Part shown: in pieces, positions 47,034 to 55,916 of the stretch | Layout: each line of letters starts with the position of its first letter | How positions within the stretch are numbered: position 1 is the stretch's first letter | NCBI GenBank assembly: GCA_964551255.1 | Contig: CAZKAW010000002.1 | Coordinates: 1-61,905 of the forward strand | Length of the DNA: 61,905 nucleotides | Direction: 5' to 3' | Source of the DNA: an uncultured Gammaproteobacteria bacterium | GTDB taxonomy: Bacteria; Patescibacteriota; Microgenomatia; Daviesbacterales; UBA10151 | Translations under genes and position numbers: made by a program | Notes under the pieces: model-generated | Database searches by the model: none | What the model was told of the DNA's origin: nothing | The model's input: the letters and a program-made list of their open reading frames with translations, nothing else

Positions 47034-48683
47034 TCACTTTTGTTTTAGTCTTACTCTATATATATTACATTGTTCATAGCATCCTGACAAAACCAGCTGA
47101 GTATCAAATTCTTTAACGATTGCATTAAAATCTCTATTTGTGTAACCCTCATTACCCAACCCCGCTCTTGATACATATAAGTCATATCCCCCATACAGAT
47201 ACTTTTTATACAAAGCAGGAAGATTTGAATAATCATTTGGACCCCAAACTATCTCTTTGTAATGCCTGAATTCCTGATCGTAAGACAATGGAAGAAGAGT
47301 GTAATTCCCATTTGAGTAATAATCAATCAGAAATGGCGGTAAAGCAGAAATCAAAACAGGCTTTTTGGCATATTTCACGGATGATAAAGTGAAATATTCA
47401 TTCATTTTTAAAACCGAAACATAGTACCAGGGAGTTTCAGCATATTTTAAATTCAAACTAATCTGACTCTTAATCCTTATTACATTTGTTAAGAGGTATG
47501 AACAGAGAAAAATAGAAATTAAAATGTTCAGTAAAAACTTTTTGTGGAAAATTTTGTTCCCCACATTTTGTAAGAATAATGCGAATCCCATAAGCTGTAC
47601 AGGAATAGCAATATAAATGTATCTGGCATCAAATGAATAAAATATAGACATAAAGGCAATTAAACTAAGTATGAACAATAAAAGAGTTAAAGCTAGAAAG
47701 CGTGTATTTTTTATCAGCAGACTTGAGACTAATCCGATTAGAGCCGGTATTGCTACAAAATTCGGCACTAGGGGGGTAAAGTCCCAGAGAAACCTGTTGG
47801 GACTTCCGAATAGTGACCTTAGATACCCAGGTAAATTTTTACTGATATATTCAACGCCAAACCATGAGGAGGAATAAGTACTTTGTGCTGTTTCGTTACT
47901 ACCTAAAGAAGGGTTACTCTGAGTAATACTGTGATAAATCCGTAAAATATGCTCATAAATCTGATTGAAAATATTGTTACCCTTAGTCATCCATTCTACT
48001 ATGGCTAAAATCGAATAAAATACCGCTGTGGCAACAATAAAATACATAACTCTTTTAACCTTATAAGAGCTGCTAAACCAGATTCTGATCAAATACAACA
48101 TAATTATCAAAATTGAAATTGGAAGTGAGGCAAATTTTGTTGCATATAGTCCAACTGCTATCAGTGAGATAACCGTTAAATTAACCAAGGTTATTTCTAA
48201 AGGCAAAAAATAAATTGCTATTAATGATAAGGTAAGTATTAGATTTTCTGCAATAACTATTGAAGGAACCCAGAAGATAAAATAATTTGTAATATAAAGA
48301 ATAAGTGTCGTATATATAATCCACCTATTATCAGAAATTTTCTTTAAAATTGCCCAAAAGAAAAATAAAGAAATAAAGGCTAAAACTACATTTGTATAAT
48401 AAGACATACGAGGATCCTGCTTAATGATAAAAACAGGAACTAAACTCAAAGAATATAGCGGGGGAACATTTGGCTTGACTCCTTTATCCCCCCGGTTCAT
48501 ATTAAAACCTTTGCCCCCAACCAAATTTAGGGCAGGAGTAAGATAGTTGAATGTATCGGGATAAGGCTCAAGATTAGGAATCAAGGATCTTTGAGAAAAA
48601 GGATCTTTATAAAGTAAGAGGGCAAATAAGACAATCACAGGCAGGTTTAAAAAGAATGCTATATTTTTTTGTTTAAGCAGCAT
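47034..48683 (-). CDS. GT-C-like polytopic membrane glycosyltransferase
   Basis: The first loop, PYPDTFNYLTPALNLVGGKGF, resembles the PMT_2-type D-x-Y..A..L..G motif. About 12 TM helices and a C-terminal soluble domain are present. Confidence 0.55.
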   Translation of the reverse strand: MLLKQKNIAFFLNLPVIVLFALLLYKDPFSQRSLIPNLEPYPDTFNYLTPALNLVGGKGFNMNRGDKGVKPNVPPLYSLSLVPVFIIKQDPRMSYYTNVVLAFISLFFFWAILKKISDNRWIIYTTLILYITNYFIFWVPSIVIAENLILTLSLIAIYFLPLEITLVNLTVISLIAVGLYATKFASLPISILIIMLYLIRIWFSSSYKVKRVMYFIVATAVFYSILAIVEWMTKGNNIFNQIYEHILRIYHSITQSNPSLGSNETAQSTYSSSWFGVEYISKNLPGYLRSLFGSPNRFLWDFTPLVPNFVAIPALIGLVSSLLIKNTRFLALTLLLFILSLIAFMSIFYSFDARYIYIAIPVQLMGFALFLQNVGNKIFHKKFLLNILISIFLCSYLLTNVIRIKSQISLNLKYAETPWYYVSVLKMNEYFTLSSVKYAKKPVLISALPPFLIDYYSNGNYTLLPLSYDQEFRHYKEIVWGPNDYSNLPALYKKYLYGGYDLYVSRAGLGNEGYTNRDFNAIVKEFDTQLVLSGCYEQCNIYRVRLKQK

Positions 48684-48775
48684 AACTATTATTTTAACAC
48701 TGTTTCAATATTTTAAATTAAGTTTCTTTATGATATAAACAAGTTTGCGAACTATTCGCTTTGAAACAAGTTAAT

Positions 48776-49507
48776 ATGAAAACCCTTTCAATTGTCATAC
48801 CCGTATACAATGAAGAAAAATATATAGCTCAAACTTTATCAGCTATTTGTGTTGCGGACTCAATGAATCTTAAGAAAGAAGTTATAGTGGTAGATGACGG
48901 ATCTACTGATAACACAACCTCTGCTATCAAGAAAGCTTTGAAATATCTGAGAGCAAAATATAAAAATACTTCATTTAAAACCATATTTAAAACTAAAAAT
49001 GAAGGTAAAGGAACCGCAGTAAGAGATGGCTTCAAAATTTCTAGTGGTGACATAGTTTTGAGTCAAGATGCGGATTTAGAATATAATCCCCAGGATTATC
49101 CAATATTGCTTGAACCATTCCTAAAAAATGATGCCGATGTAGTATATGGGTCCAGGTTTATTTCCAATCGTCCTCACAGAGTCTTATATTTTTGGCATTA
49201 TCAGATCAATATATTCTTAACCACTTTATCTAATATCCTAACAAATTTGAACTTAACAGATATGGAAACAGGATACAAAGTTTTTAAAGGAGAATTAATC
49301 AGAAACATCTCCATTAAGCTGGAAAGTAATCGATTTGGCTCTGAACCGGAAATAACTGCCAGAATAGCCAAAATTAAAGGTTTAAAAATTTATGAAGTCG
49401 GGATATCTTATTCCGGAAGAACATATGAAGAGGGTAAAAAAATAGGATGGAAGGACGGAGTTAAAGCAATTTGGGAAATAATTAAATTTAATCTGCTGAA
49501 GAATTAA
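48776..49507 (+). CDS. GT2 polyprenyl-phosphate sugar synthase (DPM1/GtrB/ArnC class)
   Basis: Contains LSIVIPVYNEE, VVDDGSTDNT, QDADLEY (DxD) and YGSRF...LTDMETGYKVF, typical of polyisoprenyl-P glycosyltransferases. The ATG at 48776 is preferred over the TTG at 48761. Confidence 0.8.
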   Translation: MKTLSIVIPVYNEEKYIAQTLSAICVADSMNLKKEVIVVDDGSTDNTTSAIKKALKYLRAKYKNTSFKTIFKTKNEGKGTAVRDGFKISSGDIVLSQDADLEYNPQDYPILLEPFLKNDADVVYGSRFISNRPHRVLYFWHYQINIFLTTLSNILTNLNLTDMETGYKVFKGELIRNISIKLESNRFGSEPEITARIAKIKGLKIYEVGISYSGRTYEEGKKIGWKDGVKAIWEIIKFNLLKN

Positions 49508-49508
49508 A

Positions 49509-51242
49509 ATGTCCAGAAAATTCCTATTTTACTTAAGTCTTTATGTTTTAATTCTACTATTTGTTTTTAGGAATATTATCTTTAATATCTCAACTAATCT
49601 TTTGGATTGGCGGGATTACCCATTTTATATTTGGCAGATGTATCAAAATGTCTTCCACATTAGTAATCTAGACTTTATTAATTTTTTTGAAACAAATGCT
49701 TTCTACCCTCATAGACTAACACTTCTGTTCCTAGATACCATGTTGCCTCAATCATTGATCTTTTTACCATTCTTTTCTTTAACAAAAAACCTGATATTAA
49801 GTCTAAATCTAACATTTATAATAACTTTTGTTTTAAATTTTGTATCTGTTTATTTATTCTGGAAGCAAATCTTCAAGAAGGAATTACTTGCTTTTTTTGG
49901 CAGTCTATTTTTTATCTTTTCCCCTTTTTTTCATTCAGAATTTCCTCATTTCACTATTCTGTCATATTGGCCTTTCTTCTTTGGATTGTATTTTTTCTTG
50001 AAAGGTGAGGCGGCTAGAAGAATAAAATACTTCATAACTGTTGGATTATTCCTAACTATCCAGTTTCTTGCCAGCGTATATTTATCTGTATTTATGATAT
50101 TTGCAATTTTAGTCTTTTATTTAGTTCTTTATATTTTTAACCCAACTAATAGCAGCTTTAAACGGACAATCTTAGGAGTTTTAATTATCTTTTCTGTTTT
50201 TCTTGCAACCAGTGGCATTTTTATAAAGGGTTATATTGATATGAAACATACCTATAATGCAAAACGTGATATAAGAGAATTTATTGCATATTCTGCGCAT
50301 TTAAGTGATTACTTCTTTACCACAGAAATTAATTCTGTAATTCATCAATCCACTCTTTTGAAATTATGGAATAAATTAGATAAGAATCTATATTCTCCCA
50401 GTGCATTCCCTGGCTTTTTAATATTCACCCTTTCTCTTCTAGCACTATTTAAAATCTCAAGGAACAAGCAACTAGCTGAACTAAAATTAGAACTTAATAA
50501 AGAAAGAGCTTATTACCTTATCCTAACTATCATTGGATTTATTTTCTCGCTGGGGCCTAAACTAAATTTCAATGGTTACTATACTTATATTAACCTTCCA
50601 TATAACTTTATTATGAAATTTATACCAATGTTAGAGGCAATCAGAGCTCCTATTCGATGGAGTTTTCTTTTTTACTTTGGGTTAATTTATTTTTCTTTAA
50701 GTTTTCTAAGTAAATTTGATAATAAACAATACGCAAAGGCTCGTTATAAATTCATTTTTGTCTTGATTTTTATTATCTTTATTTTTGAATATCTTCCTTT
50801 TAATTTAGAAAGCAGTAGGGAGTCTTATTTGACCAATGATCATCAGATTTTAAAAAAAATTTGTACAAAAGAGAGAAAAGTTTTATTAGAACTTCCAGTA
50901 ACTCACCTTAATGCCGCTCCTAATATACGTGAAGGACTAAAATATATCACAACAACCGTTCAACTTTCTTCTGTCTACCACGGATGTTTTCTTATAAATG
51001 GTTATAGTGGGTACGATCTACCTGATAATTTTGTTTTGGCAGATACTCTTAATAATTATATTATCAATGGAGACGTATCAGGATTTATTAGTGAATTAAG
51101 AAAAAGGGATATTAATTTTGTTAAATTTAATAGTAAATATTTTTCTAAAGAACTTCAAAAACCCCTTAATTCATTCTTGAAAGGGATAATTTACGAAAAA
51201 GGTGTAGAGAAAATAGGTCAAGATATATATAAAATAATATGA
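49509..51242 (+). CDS. polytopic membrane protein, predicted GT-C-like glycosyltransferase (tandem paralog A)
   Basis: About 11 TM helices. The first loop is DWRDYPFYIW...ETNAFYPHRLTLLFLDTMLPQS. A C-terminal soluble domain is present. It lies 1 nt after the GT2 gene. Confidence 0.55.
   Translation: MSRKFLFYLSLYVLILLFVFRNIIFNISTNLLDWRDYPFYIWQMYQNVFHISNLDFINFFETNAFYPHRLTLLFLDTMLPQSLIFLPFFSLTKNLILSLNLTFIITFVLNFVSVYLFWKQIFKKELLAFFGSLFFIFSPFFHSEFPHFTILSYWPFFFGLYFFLKGEAARRIKYFITVGLFLTIQFLASVYLSVFMIFAILVFYLVLYIFNPTNSSFKRTILGVLIIFSVFLATSGIFIKGYIDMKHTYNAKRDIREFIAYSAHLSDYFFTTEINSVIHQSTLLKLWNKLDKNLYSPSAFPGFLIFTLSLLALFKISRNKQLAELKLELNKERAYYLILTIIGFIFSLGPKLNFNGYYTYINLPYNFIMKFIPMLEAIRAPIRWSFLFYFGLIYFSLSFLSKFDNKQYAKARYKFIFVLIFIIFIFEYLPFNLESSRESYLTNDHQILKKICTKERKVLLELPVTHLNAAPNIREGLKYITTTVQLSSVYHGCFLINGYSGYDLPDNFVLADTLNNYIINGDVSGFISELRKRDINFVKFNSKYFSKELQKPLNSFLKGIIYEKGVEKIGQDIYKII
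50995..51236. repeat. 242-bp near-identical repeat, copy 1 (3' end of paralog A)
   Basis: Matches 52707-52948 with one mismatch (c at 51014, t at 52726). The offset is 1712 bp. Confidence 0.95.
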
Positions 51243-52957
51243 GGCTACTAGAAAATAAAATTTCACATTTTATAATATTTCTTTCGGTTTTATTATTTGT
51301 CTTCCGGGATCTATTTTTTAGCTTAAAAACCAATCTTATAGATTTGAGAGATTATCCACTTATGCTTTGGATAATTTCACAAAATGTTTTAAAAATTCAA
51401 AGCCTAAATTTTGTTAATTACTTTGATACTACCGCCTTCTTTCCACACAAATATACGTTGTTATTTTCAGATTTATTACTTCCCCAATCCCTTATTGCCT
51501 TACCCTTTTTCCTATTTTCAGATAATCTTACGCTAATCTTTAACTTAGTTTTTCTACTTACTTTTATTCTCAATTTTATAGCCCTGTATTTATTTTGGAA
51601 AATATTATTCAAAAATAATCTCATTTCTTTTTTTGGTAGTCTTTTTGTTATCTTTTCCCCTTATTTCCATTTAGAGCTACCTCATTTCCAAATGCTAAGC
51701 TACTGGCCGTTTTTCCTAGGTTTATACTTTTTATTTAAATCAGAAGATGGAAGTATTAGAAATGTTTTTTTCTGTGGCCTTTTTTTAGCAATCCAATTTC
51801 TGGCAAGTGTTTACTTGTCAGTTTATCTCATTTTTTCAATAGTATTTTATTTAATCTCTAGGGTAATTTTTTCTGGCAAACTTAAGAACATTCTTAAGAT
51901 ATTTTTGATTATCTTCATTACCTTCTTGATAATTGATGGAGTGTTTATAAAAGGTTACACAGATATCAAAGACTACTATAGCATCCAGAGAGGTATGAAT
52001 GAGTATATAAACTACTCTGCACACCTAAGTGATTATGTATTTACTTCTACTATTCGTTCGCTCTTTCATCAATCTAATATTATGGATTTTTGGAATCGGG
52101 ACGATAAAAATAATTCATTAGGTAAGGCTTCTTTTCCTGGCTTTCTTATCACCTTCCTAGCTTTTTATTCCTTGATCAAATTTGTTAAAAATAGGGAGAA
52201 GGTCGTTTTCACAATCCAGCTAGATAAAACCCGATTTTTCTTTATTGTAATTATTATTGCTGGGCTTATTTTCTCTCTTGGTCCCAGACTCAATTTTAAC
52301 GGGAATTATGTTAATATTCCTCTTCCATATAGTTTGATGTTAGAAGTTGTTCCCTTTCTAGATGCAGTCAGAAGTCCTGCTAGATGGAGCTTCATCTTTT
52401 ACATTGGAGTAATTTATTTTGCCCTACTAACTTTAAAAAAATTAAAAAAAAATAAATATTATCTATTTTTTTTCGTATTTTTTTTCCTCATATTTGTGTT
52501 GGAATATATACCTACAAAGCTGGTTGCCGAAAAAGGATATGGTATAGGTGCTGAATACAATATATTAAAAGATATCTGTATTAAAGAAAAAAAAGTTTTG
52601 CTGGAAATACCAATAACTCATTTAAATGCTGCTCCTGATGTTGCTACTGGATTAACATATATCAATCAAGTTCAGCTATCATCCATTTTTCATCAATGTA
52701 ACTTAGTAAATGGTTATAGTGGGTATGATCTACCTGATAATTTTGTTTTGGCAGATACTCTTAATAATTATATTATCAATGGAGACGTATCAGGATTTAT
52801 TAGTGAATTAAGAAAAAGGGATATTAATTTTGTTAAATTTAATAGTAAATATTTTTCTAAAGAACTTCAAAAACCCCTTAATTCATTCTTGAAAGGGATA
52901 ATTTACGAAAAAGGTGTAGAGAAAATAGGTCAAGATATATATAAAATATCAAACTAA
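51239..52957 (+). CDS. polytopic membrane protein, predicted GT-C-like glycosyltransferase (tandem paralog B)
   Basis: Colinear with paralog A (DLRDYPLMLW...DTTAFFPHKYTLLFSDLLLPQS). The start overlaps the stop of A by 4 nt. The stop overlaps the stop of the convergent gene. Confidence 0.55.
   Translation: MRLLENKISHFIIFLSVLLFVFRDLFFSLKTNLIDLRDYPLMLWIISQNVLKIQSLNFVNYFDTTAFFPHKYTLLFSDLLLPQSLIALPFFLFSDNLTLIFNLVFLLTFILNFIALYLFWKILFKNNLISFFGSLFVIFSPYFHLELPHFQMLSYWPFFLGLYFLFKSEDGSIRNVFFCGLFLAIQFLASVYLSVYLIFSIVFYLISRVIFSGKLKNILKIFLIIFITFLIIDGVFIKGYTDIKDYYSIQRGMNEYINYSAHLSDYVFTSTIRSLFHQSNIMDFWNRDDKNNSLGKASFPGFLITFLAFYSLIKFVKNREKVVFTIQLDKTRFFFIVIIIAGLIFSLGPRLNFNGNYVNIPLPYSLMLEVVPFLDAVRSPARWSFIFYIGVIYFALLTLKKLKKNKYYLFFFVFFFLIFVLEYIPTKLVAEKGYGIGAEYNILKDICIKEKKVLLEIPITHLNAAPDVATGLTYINQVQLSSIFHQCNLVNGYSGYDLPDNFVLADTLNNYIINGDVSGFISELRKRDINFVKFNSKYFSKELQKPLNSFLKGIIYEKGVEKIGQDIYKISN
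52707..52948. repeat. 242-bp near-identical repeat, copy 2 (3' end of paralog B)
   Basis: See copy 1. Confidence 0.95.
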
Positions 52958-53991
52958 TCAGTGGGTATTACCTTTTGTAGATTTTCTTTGAATGCTTGTA
53001 CGGAAAAATTCTTTTCTAGCTGGTCAAATAATTTACCCCAGTCAGTAATAGGATAATCCACAAAATATCTTGTATTTTCAACTAATTGGTCAATTTTTGA
53101 AAATAGATGTTTTTCTTTATCTAATAAAGTTTTGTCAATAATTTCCGGTAAGCCGCCACCGTCGTAAAGTAACGGAATACACCCTGCGCTTATAGCCTCT
53201 ACAGGAGCAATTCCAAAGTGCTCAAAGAGTATTGGTTTATTTTCTGCATTTTCACCAAATCCTGTAGCATGCCAATATATTTTTGATGTACGATAGAGTA
53301 ACTCTAACTGCCTCCTGGAAATATTCAGATGAAAAAAAATAGGATAGCCATCTGATAATTCTCTCAATTCATTAACATAAATAATATTGCTCGGATCATT
53401 TGCCAAACCACCTACCAGATGTAACTCCCAATTGCTATTACCTAAGTCGTAGAATTTTTTAAAAGCCTTTATCAAAATTTCCTGTTTTTTTCCATGACCA
53501 AGAGTAAAAAATCTTCCTACAGAACATATCCAGTTCTTTTTTTTGCTAAAATCTATACTTCTCTTTTTAAAAATTAAATCAACAGGCGGGAAACAAACCC
53601 TGGATTTTACTTTCCAATATTTATTAATCCAATAAGAGGTAAATTCTGAATTACTCAAAATAATAGAATAAGTACTTAGTCTTTGATTAATATTCACAAA
53701 CAAACCCGCTCTTAGGCGGGTAGTGATTTTTTGACTAAACGTTTGATATATATTTTCAAGCATAATGTTATTTGTTATCTCTGAAACCAAAACTTTTGGG
53801 AATATTAAAAATAACCGATCAGGTGATAAAAAGTGTAAATGCAGTTTCTTATAATTTAGATTTAAATTTATAGTTTCTGAAAGGGCCTGAATTTTATAGG
53901 TAAACCTTATCTCGTTTCTATGATGATCTACATAAGTATTGATAGCGATTATTTTTGCTTCATCAAAGGAAATTTTAAAAGACTCTAGCAA
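52954..53991 (-). CDS. GT4-family glycosyltransferase, C-terminal portion (possibly the distal half of a split gene)
   Basis: Contains NSEFTSYWINKYW..VCFPPVDL and EHFGIAPVEAISAGCIPLL (GT-B C-domain). There is no ATG start, only a TTG at 53991. It is in the same frame as the 54088..54561 ORF. Confidence 0.6.
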   Translation of the reverse strand: MLESFKISFDEAKIIAINTYVDHHRNEIRFTYKIQALSETINLNLNYKKLHLHFLSPDRLFLIFPKVLVSEITNNIMLENIYQTFSQKITTRLRAGLFVNINQRLSTYSIILSNSEFTSYWINKYWKVKSRVCFPPVDLIFKKRSIDFSKKKNWICSVGRFFTLGHGKKQEILIKAFKKFYDLGNSNWELHLVGGLANDPSNIIYVNELRELSDGYPIFFHLNISRRQLELLYRTSKIYWHATGFGENAENKPILFEHFGIAPVEAISAGCIPLLYDGGGLPEIIDKTLLDKEKHLFSKIDQLVENTRYFVDYPITDWGKLFDQLEKNFSVQAFKENLQKVIPTD

Positions 53992-54045
53992 TGATTTATA
54001 GAAATTTTCAAAGAAAATTTTAAAAAAAACATTATAAACCTTACC

Positions 54046-54059
54046 TTTTTTTTTTTTTT
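54046..54059. repeat. T14 homopolymer (A14 on the coding strand)
   Basis: Counted directly. It lies between the two GT4 ORF pieces. Confidence 0.9.
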
Positions 54060-54087
54060 AAATAGCAATTTTAGTATGGGGTTGTAA

Positions 54088-54561
54088 TTAGTATGCTGGT
54101 CTTCCATTATGAATAGTATCGTCTTTAATATCATCTATCAACTCTACTGGTTTAAAAAGTTTTGCTGCAAAAGGCAGAATAAGATTGTTAAAAACAAAAC
54201 CTTTAAAATTATCATAAGACGAGGTTGGAAAATGAGTATAATAGATATTTTTTTTTGCATAACCAAATGAGTAATCCATGAAAGAAGTATTAAAAAAAAT
54301 GTCACTTCCTTCAACAATTTCTTTCATTTTGGGTTCGTTATTCCAATTTTGAATCATTTTTATTCCTTTCAGATCGATCCCTAGTTTTTTCATCACAAGT
54401 GAGTTTGTTATTTTCTTTCCTGTTATTAACACTACTTCATAACCCAAATCTCTAAAGGCAGTTGCAGCGATACAAGCAACCATCTCTCCCCCACCCAGCG
54501 AAGCTAACCATTTGCTATAAACCACTGCTTTTTTAGTTCTTTTCAAAATACCACCTTCCAC
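54088..54561 (-). CDS. GT4-family glycosyltransferase, N-terminal portion (ALG11_N-like)
   Basis: Contains VVYSKWLASLGGGEMVACIAATAFRDLGYEVVLITG and NIYYTHFP, which resemble the N-domain of ALG11-like GT4 enzymes. It ends at a TAA stop in the same frame as the downstream piece. Confidence 0.5.
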   Translation of the reverse strand: MEGGILKRTKKAVVYSKWLASLGGGEMVACIAATAFRDLGYEVVLITGKKITNSLVMKKLGIDLKGIKMIQNWNNEPKMKEIVEGSDIFFNTSFMDYSFGYAKKNIYYTHFPTSSYDNFKGFVFNNLILPFAAKLFKPVELIDDIKDDTIHNGRPAY

Positions 54562-55912
54562 AAAGTATATTGTTTAAATTTTCAGTCAATTTTTCAGAAG
54601 GAATATTTGAACGCCTTCTCATTGCAGAGGATATCAGTTTTGGAAAACTACATATAAAGTACCAAACCAGCCTTAAATATTGTAAATTATAAACTTGATT
54701 TTTCTTGTTGGAATTTAATACCAGTCTAGCTATTCCATTAAAGAGTAGCCTAAAAAAGCCAATTACAAAAAGATAAGTAGGGTAAGGAAAATAAAATAAC
54801 AAATGTAGATATCTTCCTTTTTCAGCATTAAAAATAAAAAAGGGGGACCATTCTTTGCTTGACAGGGCGTGTAAGTGACGAACGTACGCTTTGGGATTAT
54901 AAAAACATTTGTATCCATACATTCTAGCGCGTTCTGAGATTTCAACATCTTCATAATACATAAAAAAATTTTCATCGAGATATCCTATTTTGTCGAGAGC
55001 ATCCTTACGGTATAAAGTTGCTACAGCACAAGCTGCATAAATCTCTCTCTTCATATCAAATTGCCCTCTATCAAATTCATAATATTGTTTATGGTATCTA
55101 ACTACTGCGCCTATATCTCGGCCTGATCCCTCTTGGAATACCATTATGCCGGCATTTTGAACCTTGTCAAATTTATTCTCCTCTGAAATGTTTCCAATGT
55201 TGATTTTTAATATTGCCTTGAAAATTGTATTCTCAATAATTTCGTAAGATACTTCAATCTTATCGCGGTTTCTTCCTATAAGTTTTAGGGGAGGAGATTT
55301 TTTTTGAGAAAAATCTCCTCTAAGCAGGTTAATTTGGCAAATTACAAAATCATCAAAGATTTTATCAAAAGGAATTTCCAATGTAGCAATTCTATTATTG
55401 GGATCTTCAGGCCAAATAACATCAATAGGGATTTGTTTATTAGCATATCTAAGTAGGTTTGAGCCTACCAAAAAAATGTCTTTGATTACAAAATCTTGGC
55501 TAACTCTAATTTTAGGATATATAAAACTTGGATAAAGAAATACTTTTGGATTAACTGCGAATATTCTATCGTCTTTTTCGCAGGTTAAAATAAGCTCTTT
55601 TAGCCACCTTTTATCAACAAAACAGTCATTATTTAATAAAGCTATATATTTACCTTTTGCTGCTTGAATACCAACATTATTCCCCTTTGAGAAACCCAAA
55701 TTTTTATTCAGAAAGATTGATTGGATATTTTTATACTTCGAAGAATATTTATTAATTATCTTCTTACTTGAATCTTTGGAATCATTATCAACAACAATAA
55801 TCTCATATTTATTTGAAGGGTAATCTAAGTCTAGTAATTTATCTAAAACCACTTTAAGGGTTTTTTCGCCAAAATAATTTAAAACAATAATGGAGCAATC
55901 TATACTATTCAT
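54533..55912 (-). CDS. GT2-family glycosyltransferase with internal insertion
   Basis: Contains CSIIVLNYFGEKT, EIIVVDNDSKDSS, ALLNNDCFV (DxD-like) and FFMYYEDVEISERARMYGYK. The ATG at 55912 is preferred because the longer ORF would overlap the upstream gene by 95 nt. Confidence 0.75.
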   Translation of the reverse strand: MNSIDCSIIVLNYFGEKTLKVVLDKLLDLDYPSNKYEIIVVDNDSKDSSKKIINKYSSKYKNIQSIFLNKNLGFSKGNNVGIQAAKGKYIALLNNDCFVDKRWLKELILTCEKDDRIFAVNPKVFLYPSFIYPKIRVSQDFVIKDIFLVGSNLLRYANKQIPIDVIWPEDPNNRIATLEIPFDKIFDDFVICQINLLRGDFSQKKSPPLKLIGRNRDKIEVSYEIIENTIFKAILKINIGNISEENKFDKVQNAGIMVFQEGSGRDIGAVVRYHKQYYEFDRGQFDMKREIYAACAVATLYRKDALDKIGYLDENFFMYYEDVEISERARMYGYKCFYNPKAYVRHLHALSSKEWSPFFIFNAEKGRYLHLLFYFPYPTYLFVIGFFRLLFNGIARLVLNSNKKNQVYNLQYLRLVWYFICSFPKLISSAMRRRSNIPSEKLTENLNNILCGRWYFEKN

Positions 55913-55916
55913 AAAT

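Noticed and set aside
48745-48757. Small palindrome gcgaactattcgc, and the 8-nt inverted repeat tgtttcaa/ttgaaaca, in the divergent promoter region at 48684-48775.
   Set aside because: They are short and expected by chance in AT-rich DNA. There is no supporting repetition elsewhere in the window.
54046-54059. The T14/A14 tract as a classical phase-variation switch fusing the two GT4 ORFs.
   Set aside because: The two ORFs are already in the same frame and are separated by two TAA codons. Changing the tract length cannot restore a single ORF. The tract is retained only as part of the split-gene observation.
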